Shown here: positions 49,003 through 59,359 of the stretch, piece by piece
How positions within the stretch are numbered: the stretch's first letter is position 1
How the letters are laid out: every line of letters begins with the position of its first letter
From: Microcoleus sp.
Lineage (GTDB): Bacteria; Cyanobacteriota; Cyanobacteriia; Cyanobacteriales; Microcoleaceae
Length of the DNA stretch: 64,000 nt
Assembly: GCA_052279835.1 (NCBI GenBank)
Contig: CP181291.1
Coordinates: forward strand, 6,278,703-6,342,702
Direction: 5' to 3'
The notes under the pieces: model-generated
What the model was told of the DNA's origin: nothing
Databases searched by the model: none
The model's input: the letters and a program-made list of their open reading frames with translations, nothing else
Program-made: the position numbers and the translations under genes

Positions 49003-52000
49003 TTAAATTCCATCTCCTTTTAACATGATACTTTCTATAAATTGCTGAACTCGTAATAAGTAATTTGACAAACTCCCTAGGATGTTATCAATACCATCAT
49101 TTTGTTCCCATTTGACATTTTGTTGCTGAGATTGAAAACTGCGAGCATGAAGCTCTAACTGTGCTGCTAAATCCGACATCAAGGTAACTCCCACATTGGC
49201 AGAACTTCCTTTAATACGGTGAGCTTGATATTCCAAAACTTGCCAATCTTTAGCTAGGACGGCATTTTGGGCAGACTCTAAATCTACTTTTACATTTTCC
49301 ACAAATGATTGCAAAATTCGCTGAGGCAATTTAATATTAACTCTTCCAAGTTGCTCCAATCTTTGCTTGTCAAACAGTCCGTCGCAGTCTCCATGTTCCC
49401 AAGTTTGAAGTGCGATTTGCTGTTCTGGCGATACAGCAGAAACTAGCTGTTTTGGTAATGGGTTGGTAAATATTGTGGTTGAATTATCGTTGTTTTTGCG
49501 ATCGATATTTTTATGGTTAAAGTTATTTTTCGAGAGATTTGTTTCTACTTCATAAGTGTTGATAGCAGCCGCTAAGGCCGCCAAATCTACTGGTTTGCTG
49601 AGGTAATCATCCATGCCCATCGCCAGACACTTTTCTCGTTCTCCCGGCATGGCATGAGCAGTTAAAGCAATCACAAAAGTGTGTCGATCGCCCTTTTCTT
49701 GTTCCCGCAATTTTTGGGTGGTTTCATAACCATCAAGGATGGGCATTTGACAATCCATCAGTACCAAATCGTAGCTGTTAGCAGCCAGCAAATCCAGAGC
49801 TTCTTTCCCATTACTAGCGCAGTCAGCATGATAGCCTAAAACCGCCAATTGTGCGACAATAACTTGTTGATTGATCGGGTGGTCTTCCGCTAGCAAAATT
49901 TTGAGAGATGAGTGGGAATTAGTGGGAGTAAAAGATGGAGAATTAACCACGGGCAAATCGCAAGTATTAGTTGCAAAAACGCTCCCAAAATCTCCTCTAC
50001 CATTCACTGCCCACAGCAGAGCCGGAAGCAGCCGAGAAGCCCTCACAGGCCTCATTAAATAGCCGCTAAAGCCTCGATCGCAAAGCGCTTCAGCTTTGGG
50101 TTGTTCGCCCAAAGAGGCGATCGCGATTAACGGTCCAATTGCCGAGAGCGATCGCACTTGGGCCACAAATTCTTCCGCCTCCAAATCCGGCATTTGTAAA
50201 TCTACAAGCACCACATCGCAACAGTTTTCCCCCGCTTCCGACTGCGAAGACATCCGGCTATTGGCACTTTTTAACCAAGTCAAAGCAGCAGCAGCAGTTT
50301 CTGCTTCATCGCAGCGAGCTCCCCAAGTTTGAGCAAAGGCTCGTACTGCGGCTCTCATCAAAGCGCTTCCAGAGACTACTAACAGCTTTTTACCAACAAG
50401 TTCAGGATGAGTTGGCTCTGCTTGCAACTGTTTTTCCAAAGGTATAGAAAACCAAAAAGTCGAACCACTACCGATGGAACTCCGCACCCCAATTTCACCT
50501 TCCATCCTATCCACTAACTGCTTGCAAATAGCCAAACCCAAACCCGTGCCACCATATTGTCTAGCCGCCGAACTATCTACTTGAGAAAAAGATTGAAACA
50601 GCTTTGTCTGTCCTTCTGGGGAAATTCCCATGCCAGTATCCCGCACTGAAAATAATAATTTATCTCCTTGCCGATTATCTTTATTTTGTTTATCGCGTTT
50701 AACGTTTACATAAATTAAAATTTGACCGCGATCGGTGAATTTAATTGCATTTCCGGTCAAATTAAGCAATATTTGCTTCAATCGGCTAGAGTCTCCTACC
50801 AATTTTCTAGGTACTGAACTTTCAACTACAATATTTAATTCAATACCTTTTTCCTCGACTAAAGATGCCACCATTTCTATCACGGATTCCAGGCAGTTAT
50901 CCAAATCGAAATTTTCTTTTGCCAACCGCATTTCTCCGGCTTCTATTTTAGAGAAATCGAGGATATCATTAATTACCATCAGCAAATGTTCTGCACTGTG
51001 GTAAATAGTTTGAACCCACTCCCGCTGTTTTGGTTCCAGGGGAGTACGTACCAATAATTCAGCCATCCCCAAAACTCCATTCATGGGAGTGCGAATTTCA
51101 TGACTCATATTTGCCAAGAATTGCGACTTAATCAAGCTGGCTTTCAGAGCAGTTTCTCGCGCTTCCACCAACTCATTAATCTTGTCAGCAACCATCACCA
51201 TTCCCCCGACTTGGCCATCGGCATTATACCAAGGGTGGGCGGCCCAACGCAGGATTAAAATAGAGCCATCGGCTCGTTCCCAAGCATCTTCGCTACGAGA
51301 AACTATTTCGCCTTTTAGCACTTGTTGATACAACATTTTCCACCCATCAGGGATATCTGGAAACAAGTTGTAATGGCTTAAGGTACTCAGGGATGGTAAG
51401 TTTAATTTAAATTGAGTCAGCCATCGGTCGGAGTGAGCTACATAGCGCATTTCTGTATCGAACATCGCCATTGCTACAGGCACGCAAGTAATAATTTGTC
51501 TCAGTTGCTGCCGTTCTCTTTCTAGAGCATCTTCTGCGTTTTTGCGATCGGTAATGTCGCTAATCATGCCAGCCATCCGCACTGCTTTTCCTTGGGAATT
51601 CCGTTGAGCTTTTCCTTGGGAAGTGCAATAGCGGTAAGCACCGTTGGAGTGCAGCAGGCGAAATTGTACGTTATAGTCTATTTCTGCTTCCAAGTGAGCT
51701 TCGATCGCCTGGATAATATCTTCTTTGTCTTCCGGGTGAAGTCGCGTGTATAGAGCTTCCATGGTATGACCAAATTGCGATCGCCCCAAACCGATCATCT
51801 CCAACAGGCGATCGTTCCAATAAACTTCATTTTTACTTAAATCCCAATCCCAAATTCCATCGTTAACTCCATCTAAAACTAACCTGTAGCGTTCTTCACT
51901 TTCCTTGAGTTTTTGATTGCTATAAAACGCATGAGATTCGGCGCGATAAACCCGCATCGCATTGTACAAACTGTGGGCTAAACTATCTGAAGACAGCTTG

Positions 52001-52440
52001 CCTTTAACGATATAATCAGAAGCTCCCGCCTTCATTAATTCCACAGCAATTTGTTCATCACCTTGACCTGTAAGCACAATTAAGGGAACTTTGAAACCCA
52101 CTACCCTAATATCTTGTACCAACGTCAGTGCGTCTCCATCTGGCAATCGGTAGTCTAGGAATACACAGTCAAATTTACAGTCAAATATCTGATTGGAAAA
52201 CAGGGAATTTTCTGTATTCTCAACCTCCATCGGCTTTTGAGATTGCTCCTGTTTAGAGAGTCTGGCAGCCGCGATATCATTTTGGTCGATCGATAATTTT
52301 TCTAGGGCTGATGCGCAATTTTCTGCTTCCGAAATTTCCACCACAACCCCGGCAGATTTGAGCGATCGCCTGACTTTCATCCGATCGACTTCATCGTCAT
52401 CAACTATCAGAATTTTGAACCCTGTTTTCATAACAACCAA
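49003..52440 (-). CDS. Hybrid histidine kinase (REC-PAS-PAS-HisKA-HATPase-REC-REC-Hpt)
   Basis: DYRLPD, HEIRTPMNG, GGTGLGL, MDCQMP, AHRIKGSS. Confidence 0.94.
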   Translation of the reverse strand: MVVMKTGFKILIVDDDEVDRMKVRRSLKSAGVVVEISEAENCASALEKLSIDQNDIAAARLSKQEQSQKPMEVENTENSLFSNQIFDCKFDCVFLDYRLPDGDALTLVQDIRVVGFKVPLIVLTGQGDEQIAVELMKAGASDYIVKGKLSSDSLAHSLYNAMRVYRAESHAFYSNQKLKESEERYRLVLDGVNDGIWDWDLSKNEVYWNDRLLEMIGLGRSQFGHTMEALYTRLHPEDKEDIIQAIEAHLEAEIDYNVQFRLLHSNGAYRYCTSQGKAQRNSQGKAVRMAGMISDITDRKNAEDALERERQQLRQIITCVPVAMAMFDTEMRYVAHSDRWLTQFKLNLPSLSTLSHYNLFPDIPDGWKMLYQQVLKGEIVSRSEDAWERADGSILILRWAAHPWYNADGQVGGMVMVADKINELVEARETALKASLIKSQFLANMSHEIRTPMNGVLGMAELLVRTPLEPKQREWVQTIYHSAEHLLMVINDILDFSKIEAGEMRLAKENFDLDNCLESVIEMVASLVEEKGIELNIVVESSVPRKLVGDSSRLKQILLNLTGNAIKFTDRGQILIYVNVKRDKQNKDNRQGDKLLFSVRDTGMGISPEGQTKLFQSFSQVDSSAARQYGGTGLGLAICKQLVDRMEGEIGVRSSIGSGSTFWFSIPLEKQLQAEPTHPELVGKKLLVVSGSALMRAAVRAFAQTWGARCDEAETAAAALTWLKSANSRMSSQSEAGENCCDVVLVDLQMPDLEAEEFVAQVRSLSAIGPLIAIASLGEQPKAEALCDRGFSGYLMRPVRASRLLPALLWAVNGRGDFGSVFATNTCDLPVVNSPSFTPTNSHSSLKILLAEDHPINQQVIVAQLAVLGYHADCASNGKEALDLLAANSYDLVLMDCQMPILDGYETTQKLREQEKGDRHTFVIALTAHAMPGEREKCLAMGMDDYLSKPVDLAALAAAINTYEVETNLSKNNFNHKNIDRKNNDNSTTIFTNPLPKQLVSAVSPEQQIALQTWEHGDCDGLFDKQRLEQLGRVNIKLPQRILQSFVENVKVDLESAQNAVLAKDWQVLEYQAHRIKGSSANVGVTLMSDLAAQLELHARSFQSQQQNVKWEQNDGIDNILGSLSNYLLRVQQFIESIMLKGDGI

Positions 52441-52537
52441 ATTGTGGATTACTCTGAAATAACTGACAGCCGTGAATCAAAATTTAAAAGTTATATTTTT
52501 TTAAATAAAAATAATAGTTTTTTTATTTATTTTTATT

Positions 52538-52969
52538 TTATGGTATCTCGTTTAACATCCAGTATTTGTTCAGCGTAGACATAACATCCACAAAATTAGA
52601 AAAAGTCACAGGTTTAAGAATATAGCCAGCCACATTTAAATTATAAGCTTCTACCTTATCTCTATCTTCATTAGAAGTTGTGAGGACGATCACGGGAATC
52701 GACCTCAAATTTGTATCGAGCCGCAATTCTCGCAAAAATTCAATCCCGTTCATTCTCGGCATATTCAAGTCTAACAAAATCAATCGGCGGGCTAGAGGCA
52801 TTGCTGGATCTATTTTAGCTTCTCCGCGCAAAATAGCAAGAGCCTCTAATCCATTTCCAGCGATATAAAGAGGGTTAGGGATATTATTTTTTTTGAACGC
52901 ACGGCGGACGTTCATCACATCAACCTCATCATCTTCAACCAAGAGGATATTAATTTTTTTGTCTTGCAT
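52538..52969 (-). CDS. Single-domain response regulator (Rcp1/CheY-like)
   Basis: LVEDD, LLDLNMP, LTTS, YILKP. Confidence 0.92.
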   Translation of the reverse strand: MQDKKINILLVEDDEVDVMNVRRAFKKNNIPNPLYIAGNGLEALAILRGEAKIDPAMPLARRLILLDLNMPRMNGIEFLRELRLDTNLRSIPVIVLTTSNEDRDKVEAYNLNVAGYILKPVTFSNFVDVMSTLNKYWMLNEIP

Positions 52970-53272
52970 AAATCAGCCTTTTTATAGATTTTTTTTGTGC
53001 AGCATTAGTTGTAGCATCCCCAACAATCCGATGTCACAAGGCGCAAAATCTATCACAGCAATAGTTTCAGCCATTAATCCTGTGTGGCCCAACCGAGAAA
53101 CAAACGTAACTATAAGTGGAGCGGATCATTTCGTCGATGACCCGGTATTGCCGTGGCTTACCTTTTAACTTAAACTCTAGTACAATCATAGGAAAATTCT
53201 ATCAGGTTTAAAGACAATTGGAGCTATAAGATGAGATGGTAGTGCACAAGGAATCTTCACATTCGGAAAACC

Positions 53273-53314
53273 AAAGCCATCCTATAAGGACGGGGCTTTA
53301 GACCCAGTTTTTTG
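53273..53314 (-). mobile_element. Solo IS200/IS605 left end
   Basis: Near-identical to 37616-37657 and also abuts TTAC (gtaa at 53315-53318); no partner right end seen. Confidence 0.75.
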
Positions 53315-53349
53315 GTAAAATCTTAAACTCATCTAAATTATTCATCGCC

Positions 53350-54078
53350 ATGTCAGCCGATCGCAAACTCTACGAAGGCAAAGCCAAAATCCTCTACTCC
53401 ACCGAAGACAGCGAAATTTTGCTGACTTACTTCAAAGACGACGCCACAGCCTTTAACGCCCAGAAACGCGGTAGCATCACCGGCAAAGGCGAAATCAACA
53501 ATGCCATATCGGCCCACCTGTTTCGGATGCTAGAAGCCAAAGGCATTCCCACCCACTTCATCGACACGCCAGCCCCCAACGAGATGCGAGTTTGCCGCGT
53601 CCAAATCTTACCCTTAGAAGTCGTAGTCAGAAACATCGCGGCCGGTAGTCTGTGCAAACAAACAGGATTGGCGATCGGCACAATTGTCAATCCCCCATTA
53701 GTAGAGTTTTATTACAAAAACGACGATTTGGGAGACCCGCTGCTGACACGGGACAGACTGCTGCTGATGCAGCTAGCCAGCCCAGAACAAGTAGACCAAC
53801 TCGATCGCGCCGCCAGAGAAATCAACGAAATTCTCAAAGAATTTTTCAGCCAGTGTGGCATCACCCTGGTAGACTTCAAACTGGAATTCGGTATAGACCA
53901 ACATCAAAACCTGATCCTTGCCGACGAAATCAGTCCCGATACTTGCCGACTTTGGGACAACGCAGAAACCGATCCCGATGCCCGTGTGATGGACAAAGAC
54001 CGATTCCGCCGCGACTTGGGTTCAGTGGAAAGCGCTTACCAGCAAGTTCTCCAGCGAGTTCTAGCTCAGAAAGTCTAG
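53350..54078 (+). CDS. purC: SAICAR synthetase
   Basis: YEGKAK, EVVVRN, DFKLEFG, DEISPDTCR, DKDRFR. Confidence 0.98.
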   Translation: MSADRKLYEGKAKILYSTEDSEILLTYFKDDATAFNAQKRGSITGKGEINNAISAHLFRMLEAKGIPTHFIDTPAPNEMRVCRVQILPLEVVVRNIAAGSLCKQTGLAIGTIVNPPLVEFYYKNDDLGDPLLTRDRLLLMQLASPEQVDQLDRAAREINEILKEFFSQCGITLVDFKLEFGIDQHQNLILADEISPDTCRLWDNAETDPDARVMDKDRFRRDLGSVESAYQQVLQRVLAQKV

Positions 54079-54265
54079 AGGCCTTGGCAATGCGCTAAAA
54101 TTGCACAGTTTGTCATCTGTCTTCCATGTCAGCAATCAGTAGTCAACAGTCATCAGTTAGTGGGAGGCGTGCAAATTCAACCGACTCTAATGACGAAGGA
54201 CTAATGACGAAGGACTAATGACTGATGACTAATGTGGTGTGTGGATTCCAAACAAGTGAACAAAA

Positions 54266-56680
54266 ATGCGTTTATCTGCTGTATTGGTGGCAGTTTTAAC
54301 TGTCTCAGCAACATTCGGACTCTCAAATTCTGCTTCCGGCCAAACATCCTACTCTGAATCTACAGAGAAAGTATCGGCCGCCATTCCTCCCGTGGAGGCG
54401 ATCGAATCGCCCGATCGAAACCAGGGAGAATTAACCGAAAATCCTCCTCAAAACCGGGCTGTGGCCAAAGCCACTAAAATAGAAGCCCTCAAAATAGTGG
54501 CGGCCGCCCCTGGGAGGGGAGAAAACGACCGCGAACCCCCAAACCGACTCACAGAACCGTCGCCCCCCATGGCGACTCCCAGCTTAGACCCCAAAGCCGA
54601 TGTAGAATCCGATCGCGGACTCCCATCTAGCAGCCAAAATTCCCAGCTAGAAGCGAAACAGGAACGCAACCAAGTCCCCCCCTCGGAAACCGCGGTTTCG
54701 CCAGCCTCGGTCGCAGTAGACCAGGTGAAACCAGAGGAATCGGGGGGGATTCAAAACGCCCAAATTCCAACTAGACCAGCCCCAGGGACCAGACCGACCC
54801 AGACCAGGCCAGCCCCTGCAACACCAGAACCTAACAGAATTCCTGCTTTGCCCCCCAGCGCACCCCAGCCAAGACCAACCCCCGCGCCCACAGGGCCAGC
54901 CCAGCCCCAGGTGCTAGTGGCAGAAGTGGTCGTCAGCGGGGCGACGGGAGACCTGCAAAGCGAGATTTACCGAGTCATCACCACTCAACCGGGACGGACA
55001 ACCAACCGTACCCAACTGCAACAAGACATCAACGCTATTTTTGCCACAGGCTTTTTCAAAAATGTGCGTGCAGTACCAGAAGACACCCCTTTGGGCGTGC
55101 GAGTGACCTTCATCGTCCAGGCGAATCCAGTGCTGCGAGGAGTCACCATCGTCGGTCAGCAAGTGCTCCCCCAAAGCATTGTGGACGAAAGCTTCCGGGA
55201 TCAGTACGGCAAAACTCTCAACCTCCGCCGCTTTGAGGAGGGAGTCAAAAAAATTAATACCTGGTATCAAGACAACGGCTTTGTTTTGGGCCAAATTACC
55301 GAAGCACCCCAAGTCGCAGATGATGGGACAGTCACGCTGCAAGTGGCAGAAGGTCAGATCGAATCTATTGATGTTCGCTTCCTCAACAAGGAAGGAGAAG
55401 CCACGGATGCGACTGGTCAGCCCATTGGTGGGAATACCCGCCGCTATGTGATTACCCGCGAAGTAGAACAAAAACCTGGAGATATATTCAACCGCACCAA
55501 GGCGGAAAGGGATTTGAGAAGGGTGTTTGGTTTGGGGATTTTTGAAGACGTCCGGCTGGCTTTGGAACCGGGAACGGCTGACCCCCGTAAGGCAAGGGTA
55601 ATTGTCAATGTGATTGAGAAAAATACTGGCTCTCTCGCCGCGGGTGCGGGTTTGAGTTCCGCTACGGGTTTGTTCGGTACGGTGAGTTACCAGCAGCAAA
55701 ATTTGGGCGGTAGGAACCAGAAGTTGGGGGCGGAGGTACAAATCGGGGAACGTCAAAATCTGTTTGATGTGAGTTTTACAGACCCCTGGATTGCTGGCGA
55801 TCCTTATCGGACTTCTTACACGATTAATGTGTTTAGAAGACGATCGATCAGCGTGATTTTTGACGGTGGAGACCAGGAAGTGTATCTACCCAATGGCGAT
55901 CGACCCCGGATTAATCGCACCGGTGCCGCCATCAACTTTACCCGTCCCCTGTCGCGGAATCCTTTTGCCGACTCTGAATGGACGGCTTCTGTGGGCTTGC
56001 AGTACCAGCGGATTGCCATTACCGATCGCAAAGGCCGACGGGAATCGGAGGACGAACTAGGCAATTTGTTGAGTTTTAGCAATTCGGGTTCCGATGACTT
56101 GACAACGTTGCAAGCAGGTGTTGTGCGCGATCGACGTAACGACCCCCTGCGCCCCACCAGCGGTTCCCTGCTCAGATTTGGGGTAGAACAATCAATTCCT
56201 GTCGGTTCCGGCAGCATCCTGCTCAACCGCCTGCGAGCCAGTTACAGCTTTTACCTCCCAGTCAAGTACACCAACTTTACCCCAGGCCCTCAAACCTTGG
56301 CATTTAGTTTTAAAGCCGGCACCATCTTCGGAGATTTGCCTCCCTACGAAGCCTTTGCCTTGGGTGGTGCTAACTCTGTCCGGGGATACAACGAAGGGGA
56401 CATGGGGGCTGGTCGCAGTTTCCTAGAAGCCAGTGTTGAGTACCGTTTCCCGATTATTTCGTTTATCGGTGGTGCCCTATTTATTGACGCCGGTACAGAC
56501 TTGGGAACGGGTAAAGATGTCCCCGGCGATCCGGCTGGTATCAGGAGAAAACCCGGTAGTGGCTATGGCTACGGCCTCGGCGTGCGGATTCAATCTCCGT
56601 TAGGTCCGATCCGGATCGATTACGGTATCAATGACAGTGGTGACAATCAAATTCACTTTGGGATTGGGGAAAGATTCTAA
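54266..56680 (+). CDS. bamA: Omp85/BamA outer membrane protein assembly factor
   Basis: Signal peptide, Pro-rich linker, three POTRA domains, VRGY barrel, GERF end; upstream of lpxC. Confidence 0.93.
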   Translation: MRLSAVLVAVLTVSATFGLSNSASGQTSYSESTEKVSAAIPPVEAIESPDRNQGELTENPPQNRAVAKATKIEALKIVAAAPGRGENDREPPNRLTEPSPPMATPSLDPKADVESDRGLPSSSQNSQLEAKQERNQVPPSETAVSPASVAVDQVKPEESGGIQNAQIPTRPAPGTRPTQTRPAPATPEPNRIPALPPSAPQPRPTPAPTGPAQPQVLVAEVVVSGATGDLQSEIYRVITTQPGRTTNRTQLQQDINAIFATGFFKNVRAVPEDTPLGVRVTFIVQANPVLRGVTIVGQQVLPQSIVDESFRDQYGKTLNLRRFEEGVKKINTWYQDNGFVLGQITEAPQVADDGTVTLQVAEGQIESIDVRFLNKEGEATDATGQPIGGNTRRYVITREVEQKPGDIFNRTKAERDLRRVFGLGIFEDVRLALEPGTADPRKARVIVNVIEKNTGSLAAGAGLSSATGLFGTVSYQQQNLGGRNQKLGAEVQIGERQNLFDVSFTDPWIAGDPYRTSYTINVFRRRSISVIFDGGDQEVYLPNGDRPRINRTGAAINFTRPLSRNPFADSEWTASVGLQYQRIAITDRKGRRESEDELGNLLSFSNSGSDDLTTLQAGVVRDRRNDPLRPTSGSLLRFGVEQSIPVGSGSILLNRLRASYSFYLPVKYTNFTPGPQTLAFSFKAGTIFGDLPPYEAFALGGANSVRGYNEGDMGAGRSFLEASVEYRFPIISFIGGALFIDAGTDLGTGKDVPGDPAGIRRKPGSGYGYGLGVRIQSPLGPIRIDYGINDSGDNQIHFGIGERF

Positions 56681-56777
56681 TTAGTCATTAGTCAGTAGTC
56701 ATTAGTCAGTAGTCATTAGTTATTGGTTATTGGTTATTGGTTATTAGTTTAATTGGTTTTAACTGGTTAACTGGTTT
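56681..56777. repeat. Short tandem repeats (attagtc/ttattgg/aactggt)
   Basis: Direct short-period runs. Confidence 0.7.
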
Positions 56778-57615
56778 AACTGGTTCCCTGGCTCTGCCTG
56801 GGAACCGATGTCTAGAGGCTCTGCCTCGCGTGGCTAGGGGGAAATGGAGGCAGAGCCTCCGGATCTGCGTTACCAGGCTCTGCCTGGTAACGAGTAAGCA
56901 CATCTTAGGATGTAACTGGTTCCCCGGCTCTGCCTGGGAACCGATGTCTAGAGGCTCTGCCTCGCGTTTAATTGGTTCCCAGGCTATACCTGAGAACCAG
57001 TTAAGTGACACTCTTGTGGCTGCTACAATCCTATATAACCTTACACCAGCACAAGATGAGTCTATTTTTTTCGATGCTGTTATTGCAATTTACTCAAATG
57101 ACAGAAACTAGCTCTTGTCATACTGTCGGACCGTCGGAATTAATCGCGATCATTGCTCTAATGGGGGGACTTTTAACCTTTGCTGCTACAGCTAGTGTGC
57201 CATCTATGTCAATTATGATACCCGCCGCAGTAGTAAAGGTTCTAGGAGGTCTTGCAATTGGAGCTAGCATCACCTCGATAATAGTGCCATTCCAGTCATT
57301 TTTAGATATCGCGGCTGTGGTGGCTGTAGTCGAGGGCATTAAGCACATCTTAGGATGTGGCTAACTGGTTCCCCGGCTCTGCCTGGGAACCGATGTCTAG
57401 AGGCTCTGCCTCGCGTGGCTAGGGGGAAATGGAGGCAGAGCCTCCGGATCTGCGTTACCAGGCAGAGCCTGGTAACGAGTAAGCACATCTTAGGATGTAA
57501 CTGGTTCCCTGGCTCTGCCTGGGAACCGATGTCTAGAGGCTCTGCCTCGCGTTGCTAAGGGAAAATGGAGGCAGAGCCTCCGGATCTGCGTTACCAGGCA
57601 GAGCCTGGTAACGAG
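56778..57615. repeat. Array of 136-bp-period palindromic REP-like units flanking a unique segment
   Basis: Copies at 56778, 56914 (partial), 57363 and 57499; linker taagcacatcttaggatgt. Confidence 0.88.
57056..57364 (+). CDS. Small hydrophobic protein (102 aa) between repeat copies
   Basis: Unique ORF rich in Gly/Ala/Ile/Val with two Cys; TGcTACAAT extended -10-like site upstream; start may be 57098. Confidence 0.6.
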   Translation: MSLFFSMLLLQFTQMTETSSCHTVGPSELIAIIALMGGLLTFAATASVPSMSIMIPAAVVKVLGGLAIGASITSIIVPFQSFLDIAAVVAVVEGIKHILGCG

Positions 57616-57629
57616 TAGAACGAGTAGAA

Positions 57630-57726
57630 TGCCAATGCCCAATTCCCAATGCCCCATTCCCAATGCCCCATTCCCAATTCCCCATTCCCCATTCCCCATT
57701 CCCCATTCCCCATTCCCAATGCCCAT
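57630..57726. repeat. Heptamer tandem repeat (cccattc; STRR-like)
   Basis: Direct 7-mer run. Confidence 0.8.
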
Positions 57727-57731
57727 AACTC

Positions 57732-58574
57732 ATGACTCAAAGTACCTTAGCCTCTGAATTTGAACTGTCGGGAGTTGGTTTGCACAGTGGCGAACAGACT
57801 CGCGTCCGAGTGTTGCCCGCGGCAGTCGGTGAAGGTCGCTATTTTGTCAGAACCGACTTGCCCGGTGCTCCAATTATTCCTGCAACAGTTGAAGCCGTAT
57901 CTCAGACTGCTCTTTCCACAGAACTGACAGGTACAGGTGATGCTCAAATTCGTACTGTAGAGCATCTGTTAGCGGCTTTGGCTGGCATGGGAGCGGATAA
58001 TGCTCGAATTGAGGTTGATGGCCCGGAAGTGCCTCTGCTGGACGGTTCTGCCCTGGTTTGGGTGGAGGCGATCGCCACTGCCGGATTAGTCGCCCAAGAA
58101 TTGGTGCATCCTGTAGAAAACACGCAACTTTCCCCCATCGAGAATCCGGTTTGGGTGCGTCACGGGGATGCTTTTGTGGCTGCTTTGCCTGCTGCGGAAA
58201 CTCGGTTTAGCTACGGGATTGATTTTGAGGAATCCGCGATCGGCAATCAATGGTACAGTTGGTCGCCAGAAACCGAAAGTTTTGCTAGTGCGATCGCCCC
58301 GGCTCGGACTTTTGGACTGGCCCGCCAAGTTGACCAATTGCGACAAGCAGGTTTGATCAAAGGTGGTAGCCTAGAGAACGCCTTAGTTTGCGATCGCTCC
58401 GGCTGGCTCAACCCGCCCTTGAGATTTACAAATGAACCAGTACGCCATAAAATCCTAGACTTAGTAGGCGATCTCAGTCTGCTGGGAACTTGGCCAACAG
58501 CTCACTACTTGGCTTACAAAGCCAGTCACAATTTACACGTCCAACTTGGCTTAGCCCTGAGATTGCCAGCTTGA
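57732..58574 (+). CDS. lpxC: UDP-3-O-acyl-N-acetylglucosamine deacetylase
   Basis: [27 protein letters not shown]. Confidence 0.97.
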   Translation: MTQSTLASEFELSGVGLHSGEQTRVRVLPAAVGEGRYFVRTDLPGAPIIPATVEAVSQTALSTELTGTGDAQIRTVEHLLAALAGMGADNARIEVDGPEVPLLDGSALVWVEAIATAGLVAQELVHPVENTQLSPIENPVWVRHGDAFVAALPAAETRFSYGIDFEESAIGNQWYSWSPETESFASAIAPARTFGLARQVDQLRQAGLIKGGSLENALVCDRSGWLNPPLRFTNEPVRHKILDLVGDLSLLGTWPTAHYLAYKASHNLHVQLGLALRLPA

Positions 58575-58622
58575 TCCATGCTCAATATCTCCGTTACCAC
58601 TCACCATCTAACACGCGATTTA

Positions 58623-59153
58623 ATGTCTACGTTCACTGAAATTAACGAAATTAACACCCCAAATCATACTAATTCTGCATCTGTTCTCACCGAGAATGGT
58701 CAGGATTCTGCGATCGTTAAATCCACTTTTACTGTGGAAGAAATTCAGCAATTGTTGCCTCACCGCTATCCTTTTGCACTGGTAGACAAGATTATTGATT
58801 ACGTGCCGGAAGTGCGGGCTGTAGGGATTAAAAATGTCACTTTCAACGAACCGCATTTTCAAGGGCATTTTCCAGGAAGACCGGTGATGCCGGGGGTATT
58901 AATTGTGGAAGCGATGGCTCAAGTGGGCGGTATTGTTCTGGCTCAATTGCCTGATGTTGAGCAAGGATTGTGGATGTTTACTGGCATCGATCAAGTTAAG
59001 TTCCGCCGTCAGGTTGTACCGGGCGATCGGTTGCTGATGACTGTAGAATTGTTGTGGGTAAAACGCCGACGCTTCGCCAAAATGCAGGCGATGGCTGAAG
59101 TGGACGGACAAAAAGCTTGTTCAGGAGAATTGATGTTTTCGATGGTAGATTAA
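58623..59153 (+). CDS. fabZ: 3-hydroxyacyl-ACP dehydratase
   Basis: [27 protein letters not shown]. Confidence 0.97.
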   Translation: MSTFTEINEINTPNHTNSASVLTENGQDSAIVKSTFTVEEIQQLLPHRYPFALVDKIIDYVPEVRAVGIKNVTFNEPHFQGHFPGRPVMPGVLIVEAMAQVGGIVLAQLPDVEQGLWMFTGIDQVKFRRQVVPGDRLLMTVELLWVKRRRFAKMQAMAEVDGQKACSGELMFSMVD

Positions 59154-59154
59154 A

Positions 59155-59340
59155 TTTGGGAATGGGGAATGGGTAATGGGGCCTAGGGCCTAGGGCATTG
59201 GTAATAGCTAACAACTAAGAGTGGTTGATTGAATCAGAAATAACTAATTACCAATCACTAATCACTAACCACTAATTACCAATCACCAATTCCCCCATTC
59301 CCGATTCCCGATTCCCGATTCCCAATTCCCCATTCCCAAT
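59155..59340. repeat. Heptamer tandem repeats
   Basis: gggaatg, cactaat and cccgatt runs. Confidence 0.7.
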
Positions 59341-59359
59341 TACTATAAAAAACTGAAAA

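Noticed and set aside
54914..55756. 280-aa antisense ORF
   Set aside because: Shadow of bamA
56778..57615. CRISPR array
   Set aside because: Units are about 117 bp with identical linkers, not short repeats with unique spacers; no cas genes
56727..57733. Several short ORFs (56737, 56727, 57355, 57490, 57533)
   Set aside because: Translations of REP-like and heptamer repeats
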